From a virus (Duplodnaviria; Heunggongvirae; Uroviricota; Caudoviricetes), in the IMG/VR virus record IMGVR_UViG_3300011008_000007: DNA of 64,000 nt; one strand, 5' to 3'. The notes below the pieces were generated by a model. It ran no database searches and was not told the DNA's origin. It worked only from the letters and a program-made list of their open reading frames with translations. The translations under genes and the position numbers were made by a program. Position 1 is the stretch's first letter. Every line of letters begins with the position of its first letter. Positions 44,369-54,989 of the stretch are shown one piece after another.

Positions 44369-45039
44369 AAATAAACAAAAAGACGGTGATTAATATAATT
44401 AAAGTCTATAAGAAAACAAGTATAGTGTATAGTAATTCGCAGAAAACAAATATTCAAAAATCAGAAATTATTATCTCCGATGATAGCTTAATTTCAACAA
44501 AACCAAGAAAAACACAATTTAGTAGTTTTGATTTATTTGAAAAAACTCTAATTGATATATTTGTTAGAACTTGTCAACCGGATTTATTTCAATACAAAAT
44601 AAACATTTTAAAAAATGAGTTCACACAAGACGGTTCTTGGATTGAGATAGAATATAAAGAAGCAGATAAATGCTTAGATTTTACTATAAATGATATTTTA
44701 AATTATCCAAATCATAAAGTCGCATTACAGTATTTAGAGCAATTTTTGCAGAAAGGAAATAAAGAAAATATGGGTTCAAAAGATTTTATTTTGAAAGTTA
44801 AAGAACTTGTTGCGGAGTATGCTAATGAGCGTTTGGACAAGTCCGATAATAAGCAGATTACAGTAGATGATGTCTTTATCGTTTGGTCTTGCAAAACCTT
44901 GCAAAATAATAAGGCACTTGCAAGTACCACGCTGTTTGACGGTATGTACTATGAAATTACATATAATGGCGACAAGAACGAAATCTACTTTGATGCCTAC
45001 AAAAAGTGGGAGAACAAGTGCATCAAGTTAGGTGAGTAA
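44338..45039 (+). CDS. hypothetical protein (start uncertain; TTG 44338 or GTG 44383)
   Basis: No in-frame ATG until far downstream. Confidence 0.4.
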   Translation: MVWAAGHDPIKINKKTVINIIKVYKKTSIVYSNSQKTNIQKSEIIISDDSLISTKPRKTQFSSFDLFEKTLIDIFVRTCQPDLFQYKINILKNEFTQDGSWIEIEYKEADKCLDFTINDILNYPNHKVALQYLEQFLQKGNKENMGSKDFILKVKELVAEYANERLDKSDNKQITVDDVFIVWSCKTLQNNKALASTTLFDGMYYEITYNGDKNEIYFDAYKKWENKCIKLGE

Positions 45040-45736
45040 AATGAAAAAGAAAAAGAATACAGAAACATTTAATGAAATGGTTGGATTAAAAATTATTGTT
45101 TCAGATGAAATCTTAAAAAGAAAAGCTCGAAAATACCGTGAGCTTGCAGGAAAGCAAGGCATTATTCATAGTGTATGGGAAGATAATATGGGTATTGAAA
45201 TTGAAAATGAACGAAATAATTCTTCTTCGTTCGGATATTTTTATTTGAAGTCAAACGAGTTTTGTATTTTAAATCAAAAAGATAATGAAATAAAAGGAGC
45301 AAATGAAATGAGTGTTAATAATTACAATAATTATAAGGGCAATTACAAAATAGCAAAAGTTAGATTTTTAGATGGTAATTCAGAAATTACATATCGCATT
45401 TATAATGATGGATTTCAGTATGATATTGATACTATTGTTGTCGTGAAACCCGCAAATCATTGTATAACGATTGCAAAAATAATTGATATATATGATTCTG
45501 AAACAGATGTGGATTGCAGTTGTGATAGAGAAATAGTTTGCCCCGTTGATATGAGCAAATATACTGAGCGCAAAGAAAAAGCAAAAGAAATTGTTAAGTT
45601 GAAGAAACAAATGGATGAAAAAGTTAATGAATTACAGGGAGTTGCACTTTATGAGTTAATGGCGCAAAACTCACCTGAATTAAGAGAAATGCTCGATAAA
45701 TTTACTCAATTAACGCAATCCAACAAGGAAAAATAA
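45032..45736 (+). CDS. hypothetical protein
   Basis: ORF with SD. Confidence 0.45.
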   Translation: MSKMKKKKNTETFNEMVGLKIIVSDEILKRKARKYRELAGKQGIIHSVWEDNMGIEIENERNNSSSFGYFYLKSNEFCILNQKDNEIKGANEMSVNNYNNYKGNYKIAKVRFLDGNSEITYRIYNDGFQYDIDTIVVVKPANHCITIAKIIDIYDSETDVDCSCDREIVCPVDMSKYTERKEKAKEIVKLKKQMDEKVNELQGVALYELMAQNSPELREMLDKFTQLTQSNKEK

Positions 45737-45737
45737 T

Positions 45738-46339
45738 ATGAATTATTACATATCAGACACTCATTTCGGTCACGCAAACATCATCGGGTTCGATAAACGT
45801 CCTTTTCAAAACACATTAGAAATGGAAGAGAAGATTATTGAGAACTGGAACAAGAGAGTAACTAAAGACGATGTGGTTTACATATTAGGTGATTTTTGTT
45901 GGGGTACTGAAAAAGAGTGGTTACGGATTCTCGATTTGCTTAACGGTGAAAAGTTTTAATTAGGGGAAATCACGACATAAAAAGTCCTTCAGCTCAATTA
46001 AAAAAGAAGTTTAGGCAAATTTGTGATTACAAAGAAATTACCGATTGTCGCAAACGCATTATTATGAGTCATTATCCCAATCTGTTCTATCGAGCAAGCT
46101 ACGGAGATAATACTTGGCATTTTTGCGGACATACTCATAATAGAACCAACGAAGAATCGAAAAGACGGAAATATGTTTGGGATTTGGTTACAAGCTGCCG
46201 CGAGGACTCTGACAATAGAGGTCATATTATCAACGTCGGATGTATGATGGATTATATGGATTACACTCCGCGAACTGCGGACGAATTAATAAGCTGGTGG
46301 AAGCAATATTATGTTGTTGACGACCAAACATTCGGTTAA
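45738..46339 (+). pseudogene. calcineurin-like metallophosphoesterase interrupted by a -1 frameshift near 45950
   Basis: Frame 0 gives MNYYISDTHFGHAN...ILGDFCWG then stop 45957. Frame -1 continues ...IRGNHD...MSHYPNL...FCGHTHN (GNHD and GHTH motifs). The junction lies in a homopolymer run GAAAAGTTTTAA. Confidence 0.5.
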
Positions 46340-46399
46340 AATGCGAAAAATCGGCTATTTTTACAAATGTAAATAAAATGGCAATTTTATTGACAAAAT

Positions 46400-46747
46400 A
46401 TGCCTCATAAACCCTCTAAAATAGGGGGTTTAGAATTTTGGCAAAAAGGAGATTACATAATTTTGGACTATAAAGCGTGGGCTGAGGAATATTTTGCCGA
46501 AGCTGAGAAAATTAGGGTTATAAAAGAAAAATACGAAGCACTTCAAACTCAAAAAGGAATAAACCAAGAGAAAGTAAATAAGATGGCGTTGTTCTACTCA
46601 AATCAATACTATGACTTAATCAATACTGGGCAAATGTTACTCGGGCGAGCCAACGGAGAAGATTGGGCTAAGAGTTCACCAATTGGAGGAATGACGTTTA
46701 GACAAGGTAATGATTTGATGAGCATTAAGAATAGGGTTAATACATAG
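46400..46747 (+). CDS. hypothetical protein (start probably downstream of 46400)
   Basis: Track ATG sits inside a promoter/hairpin-like element; AAAGGAG at 46443 suggests a later start. Confidence 0.35.
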   Translation: MPHKPSKIGGLEFWQKGDYIILDYKAWAEEYFAEAEKIRVIKEKYEALQTQKGINQEKVNKMALFYSNQYYDLINTGQMLLGRANGEDWAKSSPIGGMTFRQGNDLMSIKNRVNT

Positions 46748-46757
46748 AGGAAAAGAA

Positions 46758-47087
46758 ATGAAAACAAATAGAGGATTTGAAGTAATTATTTTTAAAGATG
46801 GATATGAAGAAGAATGTCATTTACAGGAAAGTAGCGCTTGCGACCCTCATATTTGGCTTGGGATTCCTCGTCCAGAATTGAAGATTATGTATAAAGACGC
46901 TATCGCCAATGGCTTGAATTTGAAAAAAGAATGTCCAGAAACCAATGAGTGTGGATGGTGTGAGTTTCCTATTCCCGAAGAGGTGCTGATTAAAAGTATG
47001 ATGCATCTCAATCAAGAACAAGCAAAATGGTTAGCGGATAAACTAAACTATTTTGCTGAAACTGGTTATTTGGAAGAGGAAATGTAG
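46758..47087 (+). CDS. hypothetical protein
   Basis: ORF with SD. Confidence 0.45.
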   Translation: MKTNRGFEVIIFKDGYEEECHLQESSACDPHIWLGIPRPELKIMYKDAIANGLNLKKECPETNECGWCEFPIPEEVLIKSMMHLNQEQAKWLADKLNYFAETGYLEEEM

Positions 47088-47089
47088 AT

Positions 47090-47272
47090 ATGAAAAAGCA
47101 GAGTGTTTACAAAGGATTTTTGGATTGGCAATCAGAATTTAGTCATAGATATGCTTGTTGGGCAAATAATCATAATGGCTGGGCTAAAGCAAAGAAATCA
47201 AATAAAAAGATTGCAAAGAAGAGAGAGCGCCGGAAGTGGAAGAAAGAAATTGAAAATGAAATGTCCGTTTAG
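47090..47272 (+). CDS. hypothetical basic protein
   Basis: ORF with SD. Overlapping alternative ORF 47103..47438; a possible separate Cys-rich ORF 47259..47438. Confidence 0.3.
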   Translation: MKKQSVYKGFLDWQSEFSHRYACWANNHNGWAKAKKSNKKIAKKRERRKWKKEIENEMSV

Positions 47273-47434
47273 AACTATAGTAAATCATACAGACGCATAC
47301 AGTTATGGCTACAGGTATCACCCTGCACAAACCATTACAGAGTTTGCAGAATGTTATAAAGAACAATGCCCTTGTTATGACAAGGGGAATTGTATGAGGA
47401 TTAAACAAAATGAGAAAGTAAAGGAAGAAAATGT

Positions 47435-47722
47435 ATGAATGTTTCCAAAACAGTTAATGGGTTAAGATTTATTAGAGAGCAGCTTTATGCAAGTCCTTAT
47501 TCTGACAAAGTTGACTGTGTTACTGAGGCAATTAAACTAATAGAAGCGCATTATAAACCCGAACCTCTTATGTATGAAGGTGACGGCTATAGTGATGGGG
47601 AATTGGTTTATGATACTGCAATTTGTCCAAGGTGTCATAAAGATTTTGAAGTGGATTACGATGAACATTCAAAATTTTGCCCCAATTGTGGACAAGCATT
47701 AGATTGGGAAAAGGAAGAATAA
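47435..47722 (+). CDS. zinc-ribbon protein
   Basis: CPRCHK...CPNCGQ. Confidence 0.45.
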   Translation: MNVSKTVNGLRFIREQLYASPYSDKVDCVTEAIKLIEAHYKPEPLMYEGDGYSDGELVYDTAICPRCHKDFEVDYDEHSKFCPNCGQALDWEKEE

Positions 47723-47725
47723 ATT

Positions 47726-48013
47726 ATGAAAAAGAAAGTTATATTAACAATTGTTGCATTAGTTTGTGCGGTTTTATGTATTTTAATAAGTGGTGCAAGC
47801 TGTTCAAGCTGCGACAGAATGGGTAAAAGTATCAACTCTAATATGAGCGGTGGATTAGATAGAATTGTAAATGTGTATTCATATTCTGGTAAAAAAATTG
47901 CATCTCACGAAGGCAAACTTGATTTACAAGATAATGAAGACAAAGTATTGTTCGATATGAATGGTAAAAGATATGTTTATTATAACGCGGTGGTAGAAGT
48001 AATTGAAAAGTGA
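47726..48013 (+). CDS. putative lipoprotein
   Basis: Signal peptide with lipobox-like LISGASC. Confidence 0.45.
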   Translation: MKKKVILTIVALVCAVLCILISGASCSSCDRMGKSINSNMSGGLDRIVNVYSYSGKKIASHEGKLDLQDNEDKVLFDMNGKRYVYYNAVVEVIEK

Positions 48014-48473
48014 AACCAATCGGAAGCAAATAACCGCACGGCTTTCACAGCTTCTTGAAAAATATATACATATTTCAGATACGAGAATATATTGGGCTAA
48101 AGAAGTGACCTTTGATTATTCTACCTCTCATAGAATACGAATAGATTATATGAGATTTAAACCAAAGAATAATACCGTTTCGGGTATCGAAAAAGGCGAT
48201 TTTTACTGTTATGAAATTAAGTCTTGTGTTGATGATTTTAAATCCAAGAATGGTCATAATTTCATTGGCGACTACAATTACTATGTTATGGAACAAGAGT
48301 TATTTGAAAATGTTAAAACACAAATTCCTTTTGGAATAGGGGTTTTAGTTCCTGCAAAGTATAATACTTTAGAATCTATTAGGAAAGCAAAAAGATTAGA
48401 TAGGACGCGACCCGTATGCGAAATGCTTTTAATGATGTTTAGGTCGGCAAACCGAGATAGGGGCAAAAAATGA
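48003..48473 (+). CDS. hypothetical protein (possible PD-(D/E)xK-like nuclease; tentative)
   Basis: TTG start; D...E.K-like spacing (RIDYMRF...CYEIKSC) only. Confidence 0.3.
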   Translation: MKSETNRKQITARLSQLLEKYIHISDTRIYWAKEVTFDYSTSHRIRIDYMRFKPKNNTVSGIEKGDFYCYEIKSCVDDFKSKNGHNFIGDYNYYVMEQELFENVKTQIPFGIGVLVPAKYNTLESIRKAKRLDRTRPVCEMLLMMFRSANRDRGKK

Positions 48474-48510
48474 GGAATTTTATAATTGAATTTTCATAGG
48501 AGGTATAAAT

Positions 48511-48846
48511 ATGGATATTGATTTTAGGGGTTACAACGAAAATGTAGTAACATTTTTAGCTGATGAAACCGTAACCGCTGGTAAATTTGTAGTTATGAGC
48601 GATAATAATTTTAAGGTTACAGCGGCAGGGAGCGGTGATGAAATTTTTGGTTACTGCATAAGTGTAAGAGATGGTTATGCGGCTGTGCAAATATCGGGAT
48701 ATATTGAAGCTCCACGCGCTGGCAAAATTGGGCTTGGCTTAGTTGGTTTAGTTACAAATAGAGGATTGTCGGTAATGGAGAATCCAACGGCTATTAAGCA
48801 TAGGGTGATTTTTGTAGATGATACTACAATTGGATTTATGATATAA
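48511..48846 (+). CDS. hypothetical protein
   Basis: ORF with AGGAGG SD. Confidence 0.4.
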   Translation: MDIDFRGYNENVVTFLADETVTAGKFVVMSDNNFKVTAAGSGDEIFGYCISVRDGYAAVQISGYIEAPRAGKIGLGLVGLVTNRGLSVMENPTAIKHRVIFVDDTTIGFMI

Positions 48847-48862
48847 GGGGAGAACACATATA

Positions 48863-49720
48863 ATGGATAAAAATTGGGTTGAACAAAAAAATGCAGAACA
48901 ACACCAAAAATTAAATTCCGAAATTCAAAGTTTAAGAGAATACCTTGAAGATAAGTCACCATTGCTTCCAAGTGAAATAGAAACTGCAATAACTGAAATC
49001 TTAGATATGTGCAAATTTGGTGATTTGCCCGCGTCTGACGCCGCACCATTTTGGAGTATTGCCGACAAAAGACACAAATATTATAATGATGAAAATGTTT
49101 ATACTCAATTTGTCGGAGAATTATTTAGGTCTGTTAAAGGTTTTCTTGGAAGATACAAAAAGATTATATCTTGCTATCACGACTATGATAGATATTTAGA
49201 TTCAGAACCTATTGAATTTGATGGTAATATCATTATTACAGACCCTTGCTATATAATTAGAGCCGAGCATCACGGTACAAAGCCAATTACAAAAGACGAT
49301 TGGAAAGCGTGTAATGGCGGTTCCAATATGGAAGCACTTGGAATTAACCATTATATGACCAGAGATACTATTTATGGCGATTGGAGTTGTACGACATTTA
49401 ACTCCAATACAAACGAAGTGATTGGAGAATTTTGTGCGGATGCTGGGTTGGTATCTGTATTTCTACTTGATGAAGTTTTAAAATATAATCCCGACTTTAA
49501 TTATCATATTGAACGTCCGTGGACTACTACTTTAATTAACGATTTTAAAGGTACGGTTCAGTTTGTTGTCAAACAAGTAAAAGGTACATATGAATCCGAT
49601 TCAAAATATTGGAATGCGGGCGATACTTGGGTTGATTATGAGGTTGAAGTTGTTGGTAAAGGTATTAATAAAGTTACTGGCAAACCATTAAATTTTATCG
49701 GAACGCAAACCGGTTTATAA
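48863..49720 (+). CDS. hypothetical protein
   Basis: ORF with SD. Confidence 0.5.
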   Translation: MDKNWVEQKNAEQHQKLNSEIQSLREYLEDKSPLLPSEIETAITEILDMCKFGDLPASDAAPFWSIADKRHKYYNDENVYTQFVGELFRSVKGFLGRYKKIISCYHDYDRYLDSEPIEFDGNIIITDPCYIIRAEHHGTKPITKDDWKACNGGSNMEALGINHYMTRDTIYGDWSCTTFNSNTNEVIGEFCADAGLVSVFLLDEVLKYNPDFNYHIERPWTTTLINDFKGTVQFVVKQVKGTYESDSKYWNAGDTWVDYEVEVVGKGINKVTGKPLNFIGTQTGL

Positions 49721-49746
49721 GCTGTTAATAATAAGGAAGTTGTATA

Positions 49747-50889
49747 ATGAAAGATAGTTTAATTTCAGTATATAAGCAAAATCAATATTTGATATTTGAG
49801 TTTGAGAATAACAAAACAGTTAAATATGATTTTGCAACCAAACGGTCAATTGGCAAAAACGGTAAGCCAGTTAAAGATTTAAAAAGCCAATTAAGCGGAA
49901 TCACCACATATCAAATAAGAAAATTATGTAAAGATGAAAAATATGCTCGATTTTTAGAGTTTGTTGAAAATTGCGGAAGTTCTTTAGGGTATAACATATA
50001 TAATATTGGAACCATATTAAATAATGTTTCAAGATGGAGCAAATTTGAACAAATATTTTCTTCCGGCATCACGAGAATTTCGTCCGATTTTAAACATTCT
50101 ATTCAAGATATTCCTCGCGGTTTATTAAATATATGTAAAGAAAATAATTTGGAACTAACAAATTATTTTTATGATTGTTATTTATCAAACCCTGACGCTT
50201 ATTATTTGGGGTTTCATAAAGATTATATTGAACTTCCTCCACAAAAAATGTATCAAGCATTGATTTCATCTGTTTCTATCAGGTTTGATAATACATATCG
50301 TTGGATTTCTAAATCCATTGTTAATGTTTTAATAGAAGATTATGGTTATACGGCAAATGCTCTTTTTGACTATATAGACTATTGCTATACTTTTGAGGCA
50401 ATTGAAGATACAAATCATTTAATGCAGGAATTATTGGATTATGTAAGAATGATGAAGGAAATAAGTAACAAATTCGACAAATATCCAAGACACTTTTTGA
50501 CAACACATAAAATAGCAATAAGAAACTATAATAGATTACAAAAAGAGTTTGAAGAAGAAAAGTTTAAAGCCCGTATTGACAAATCGTTAGAATGTAAAAT
50601 TGGCGACTATGTTTTTATTTATCCCAAAACAACACAGGAGATAAAAGATGAAGCTGTCCAACAAAACAACTGTGTTGCATCTTATATATCCAGAGTAATC
50701 AATGGGGATTGTCATATATTATTTATGAGATACATCAAATCCCCCGAAAAGAGTTTGGTAACTTTGGAAATCAGGAACAATCAAATCGTTCAAGCAAAAA
50801 GAAGGTTTAATGATTATCCTACTTCAAATGATAAATTGGCAATTAAAGAATGGAATGTGTTACATAGTAATAATAGGGAGGTTGTTTAA
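49747..50889 (+). CDS. hypothetical protein
   Basis: ORF with SD. Confidence 0.5.
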   Translation: MKDSLISVYKQNQYLIFEFENNKTVKYDFATKRSIGKNGKPVKDLKSQLSGITTYQIRKLCKDEKYARFLEFVENCGSSLGYNIYNIGTILNNVSRWSKFEQIFSSGITRISSDFKHSIQDIPRGLLNICKENNLELTNYFYDCYLSNPDAYYLGFHKDYIELPPQKMYQALISSVSIRFDNTYRWISKSIVNVLIEDYGYTANALFDYIDYCYTFEAIEDTNHLMQELLDYVRMMKEISNKFDKYPRHFLTTHKIAIRNYNRLQKEFEEEKFKARIDKSLECKIGDYVFIYPKTTQEIKDEAVQQNNCVASYISRVINGDCHILFMRYIKSPEKSLVTLEIRNNQIVQAKRRFNDYPTSNDKLAIKEWNVLHSNNREVV

Positions 50890-52127
50890 TGAACAATAAA
50901 TGGATTAGAGCTGCGATTCCAGCCTTGATGATTCATTGTTCAGTTGGCACGGTTTATTGTTGGTCAACTTTCAAACAGGCAATAGCAGAACAAATCGGAA
51001 TGAACCAATTTGCGGTAGGCTGGGCTTTTTCGTTGGCGATATTCTTCTTGGGTATGTCGGCTGCTTTTGCCGGCAAATTCGTAGAAAAAGATATACATAA
51101 ATCTTCGCTAATAGCCTGCATATGTTTTACCGTAGGAATGCTCGGCACGGGCGCCGTAATTCAATTTGCGACAGGTTGGGTTGCGTTAATTGGTATTTAT
51201 TTATTCTACGGATGTATTATGGGTGTCGGATTAGGAGTAGGATATTTAACTCCCGTCAAAACTCTAATGCTTTGGTTTAGTGACAATAAAGGTTTAGCAA
51301 CAGGAATTTCAATTATGGGCTTTGGTTTAGCAAAAGCAATCGCTACTCCTTTTATGGATTGGATTTCTGGTAGCTTGGGAATCTCTGCAATGTTTTATAT
51401 TTTAGGTGCAGTTTACTTCATATTAATGTTCATAGCGCACCTTATCTTGAAGAAACCTGCAAATTGGACAGAAGAAACCAATAAGACGAAATCCTCAGCA
51501 TTATCTATATTTAAGAATAGAGAGTTCATTGGAATTTGGTTGATGTTCTTCCTTAATATCCATTGCGGACTTATGATTATCAGTTATGAGAAACAGATAT
51601 TGACCGCAGCTTTTGCGGGACTTGCAGTTCTCGGAGCAATCGTAAGTATTGTTCCATCATTTAGTGCGGGATTTAACGCATTGGGTAGAATTGGTTATTC
51701 TTCATTATCGGATAAACTAAAACAACGCAATACTGTTTATCGCGCGATTTTTATAAGTTGTATTTTAATTACTGCAATTACACTTTGGACTCATTCATTG
51801 TCGGGAGCAACTACATTCATTCTTGGTGCGATTGTAATACTGTTCTTGTTTGTAATTAACGCTGGATATGGCGGCGGTTTTTCAACTTTGCCGGCATTGC
51901 TATCAGAACGTTTTGGTATGAAAAATATTAGTGAAATTCACGGATTAGCACTTTCTGCCTGGGCTGTGGCAGGATTAACAGGAAACAATACTTCTGAAAT
52001 TATTTTGGGAGTAACCAACGGTAATTATGAAGTAATTTTATTTGCAGGAATCGCATTGTATTGTGCGGCACTATTGATTTGTATGTTTATGGTTAGAGAA
52101 CACAAGGAAGTTAAAAATGAAACTTGA
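50889..52127 (+). CDS. MFS-type transporter (oxalate/formate antiporter-like)
   Basis: About 12 hydrophobic segments; N-terminal GTVYCWSTF motif typical of OFA-family MFS transporters. Confidence 0.55.
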   Translation: MNNKWIRAAIPALMIHCSVGTVYCWSTFKQAIAEQIGMNQFAVGWAFSLAIFFLGMSAAFAGKFVEKDIHKSSLIACICFTVGMLGTGAVIQFATGWVALIGIYLFYGCIMGVGLGVGYLTPVKTLMLWFSDNKGLATGISIMGFGLAKAIATPFMDWISGSLGISAMFYILGAVYFILMFIAHLILKKPANWTEETNKTKSSALSIFKNREFIGIWLMFFLNIHCGLMIISYEKQILTAAFAGLAVLGAIVSIVPSFSAGFNALGRIGYSSLSDKLKQRNTVYRAIFISCILITAITLWTHSLSGATTFILGAIVILFLFVINAGYGGGFSTLPALLSERFGMKNISEIHGLALSAWAVAGLTGNNTSEIILGVTNGNYEVILFAGIALYCAALLICMFMVREHKEVKNET

Positions 52128-52434
52128 AAAACTTGTCTATGATGATATAAATGCAACTACCAAAAAAGAATCCGAATTGCCTAAAAATATAAAAATATCG
52201 GTTAGTCCTGAAACAATAAATTTTGAGGCAACAGAAAGATGTGCTACGCTGGTAATAACCCCTATATATGTGGGGAATAAAAGCAGAATTATTTATCAAT
52301 GTCGCAATTGCGGAGTAAAAATAACTGGCGTAGATAACTTATATGACGATGGCACTTTTAAATATTGTATGAAATGTGGCGCAAGATTTATGAAAGAAGA
52401 GTACAATAAGCCACAATATATACCACCTATTTGA
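52117..52434 (+). CDS. zinc-ribbon protein
   Basis: CRNCG...CMKCG. Confidence 0.4.
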   Translation: MKLEKLVYDDINATTKKESELPKNIKISVSPETINFEATERCATLVITPIYVGNKSRIIYQCRNCGVKITGVDNLYDDGTFKYCMKCGARFMKEEYNKPQYIPPI

Positions 52435-52451
52435 AAAATGAGGTAGAGTAA

Positions 52452-52784
52452 ATGATTAATATTATTAAGATTTACAATTGCTTATCGGGCGAAATGGTTG
52501 AACAGGGTTATATCGAAGACGATATTAGTGTGATATTTAATCCCGAAGATTATTATGATTTATGTAATTGGAGCTGTTATTCCAATAATAAACCTCATAA
52601 TTTGCACTCTAATATTGAGTATTGCAATCACGGAGTATGTTTTTACAATCCGGCGACTGACAAATATTATTTGGCATTAACAAAAGGATGGTTAATTGGT
52701 TCTGAGCATAGAATTAAAACCTACATTAAGAAGAATAAAGATAAGATGTGTTGGTGGAACGAAAATGATAGAGTTGTATGTTGA
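52452..52784 (+). CDS. hypothetical protein
   Basis: ORF with SD. Confidence 0.4.
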   Translation: MINIIKIYNCLSGEMVEQGYIEDDISVIFNPEDYYDLCNWSCYSNNKPHNLHSNIEYCNHGVCFYNPATDKYYLALTKGWLIGSEHRIKTYIKKNKDKMCWWNENDRVVC

Positions 52785-54789
52785 ACAGATAAAAGATTTA
52801 ATTGAGCGCCTAAATAAATATAGAGATGCTTATTATAATGATAATCAATCTTTAATTTCCGATATGGAGTATGATAGTTTATACGACCAGCTTGTTGAAA
52901 TGGAAAATAAATATGGAGTGATTATGTCAAATTCTCCAACCCAAACAGTAGGCTATGATGTTGTTAGCGAGCTCAAAAAAGTAAAGCATAACCATCCTTT
53001 ATTGTCATTGGCTAAAACAACTGAGATTACCAAATTTGTTGATTATTTCCGCAATCAAGGAAATATGCTTCTTATGGCAAAGTTGGATGGTCTTACTTGC
53101 TCTTTATATTACAACAATGGTGAACTCGTGCGCGCTGAAACCCGTGGCAATGGCGAAATCGGAGAAGATATTACTCATAATGCAAAAATGTTTTCTAATA
53201 TTCCGTTACACATTGATTATAAAGATGAGTTAATTGTTGATGGTGAGTGTATTATCACAACAGATGAGTTCGATAGAATCAATGAGAGAGAAAATACACA
53301 ATACAAGAATCCGCGCAATTTAGTTAGCGGTACTGTTAGGCAGCTCGATAATAAGGTGGTAAAAAATCGTAATGTTCAATTCCTTGCTTGGAAGCTATAT
53401 TCAATGGGTGAGGATAAGAAAATAGATTCGCATTATCGCAGATTGTTTGCCCTAAGCAACCTTGGATTCGATATTGTTCCTTGTGATTATTTTGATACAA
53501 AGGTAAACCCAATCAATAATGAGAGCTGTCAATTGGGAATTGAAATAATTAAAGAGAAGTGCAAAGTTCTGAATACGCCTATTGATGGTATTGTTGGAAT
53601 GTTCGATTCTAAATCTTATGGCGATTATCTCGGCAAAACTGGACACCATCCTCGACACTCTCTTGCATATAAGTTTTACCAAGAAGAGAACGAAACCACA
53701 TTGACCGATATTGAGTGGTCAACGAGCCGAACAGGTTCAGTCAATCCTGTGGCAATTTTTGAACCAGTTGAAATTGACGGAACCACAGTTTCGAGAGCCA
53801 CACTTAACAATGTGAGTTGCATAAAAGAACTCGAATTGGGTATTGGAGATACAATTACTGTAATAAAGTCTAATCAGATTATTCCTATGGTCACACAGAA
53901 TTTAACCAGAAGCAACACATATAAGATACCCTCGGTTTGCCCTTGTTGTGGCGAGCCTACTGTTATCAAAAATGATAACGGACGAGAAATGCTTTATTGT
54001 GTCAATAAAGATTGTGCAGCAATTTTACACGATAGAATTGCGAATTTTGCGGCAAGAAACGGAATGAATATAGTTGGTATTTCTGAGGAACGCTTAAAAA
54101 TATTGATTGACAATGGTTATATAAAATGTTTTAAAGACTTGTACCATCTTTATGAACATAAAGACGAAATAGTAGGTCTTGACGGTTTTGGTAAAAGTAG
54201 TGTTGATAACATTTTAAAAGCCGTTGAGGAAAGTCGTAAATGCACATTAACCAACATTTTGGTTGCAATAGGAATACCCAATATCGGTAAATCTACAGCA
54301 AAAACTATTTCCGAGCATTGCGAAAAGAAATATATAGAAGATTCGGATATTTACAAGAATCCATTTGATTATTTTTTGAGCTGTATTGAGTATCGGCAGA
54401 ATTGGAGCAGTTTGCCAGCAATTGGTAAATTGACAAGTGAAGTAATAAACAATTACGTTGAAGAAAATATTTTTGATATATATGACCTTCTATACGAATT
54501 AGAGGTTGAATTGGAGTTTGTTGATTCGGATTCCAAGCAAAAGCCTTTTGCTGACAAGTTGTTCTGTATCACAGGTAAACTCAATTACTTTACAAATAGA
54601 AATGCTTTGATTGAAGAAATTGAAAAATTGGGTGGCAAAGCTACTTCGTCGGTTACTTCTAAAACAGATTATTTAATAACAAATGATAAAGATAGTGGTT
54701 CAAGTAAAAATAAAAAAGCGCAGCAATATGGCACAGAAATAATTTCTGAGGATGAATTTATAAAACTATCTAAAAAATTATTGACATAA
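52765..54789 (+). CDS. ligA: NAD+-dependent DNA ligase
   Basis: N-terminal LigA Ia domain (YRDAYYNDNQSLISDMEYDSLYDQL), adenylation KLDG lysine motif, Zn finger CPCCGEP...C, C-terminal BRCT (FCITGKL...YLITND). ATG 52765 in frame of track ORF 52696. Confidence 0.85.
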   Translation: MIELYVEQIKDLIERLNKYRDAYYNDNQSLISDMEYDSLYDQLVEMENKYGVIMSNSPTQTVGYDVVSELKKVKHNHPLLSLAKTTEITKFVDYFRNQGNMLLMAKLDGLTCSLYYNNGELVRAETRGNGEIGEDITHNAKMFSNIPLHIDYKDELIVDGECIITTDEFDRINERENTQYKNPRNLVSGTVRQLDNKVVKNRNVQFLAWKLYSMGEDKKIDSHYRRLFALSNLGFDIVPCDYFDTKVNPINNESCQLGIEIIKEKCKVLNTPIDGIVGMFDSKSYGDYLGKTGHHPRHSLAYKFYQEENETTLTDIEWSTSRTGSVNPVAIFEPVEIDGTTVSRATLNNVSCIKELELGIGDTITVIKSNQIIPMVTQNLTRSNTYKIPSVCPCCGEPTVIKNDNGREMLYCVNKDCAAILHDRIANFAARNGMNIVGISEERLKILIDNGYIKCFKDLYHLYEHKDEIVGLDGFGKSSVDNILKAVEESRKCTLTNILVAIGIPNIGKSTAKTISEHCEKKYIEDSDIYKNPFDYFLSCIEYRQNWSSLPAIGKLTSEVINNYVEENIFDIYDLLYELEVELEFVDSDSKQKPFADKLFCITGKLNYFTNRNALIEEIEKLGGKATSSVTSKTDYLITNDKDSGSSKNKKAQQYGTEIISEDEFIKLSKKLLT

Positions 54790-54810
54790 ACTATAAAATA
54801 CGCTATAATA
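54782..54810 (+). promoter_or_regulatory. promoter TTGACA-N17-TATAAT
   Basis: Hexamers 54782-54787 and 54805-54810. Confidence 0.5.
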
Positions 54811-54989
54811 CAAGAAGTGACAAAGAAATTTTCTTTTTAACGTCATTCATCCTTAAAATCCCCCTAAAATAGAGTCTTTGATTTTTTAGCAAGTGACAAT
54901 TTTGTTTCTTGATATTCTAAAAATCCTCTAAAATAGAGGGTCAGAATGTCAATAAAAAGAAAATTTTATGTAGACAAGGACTAAACGTT

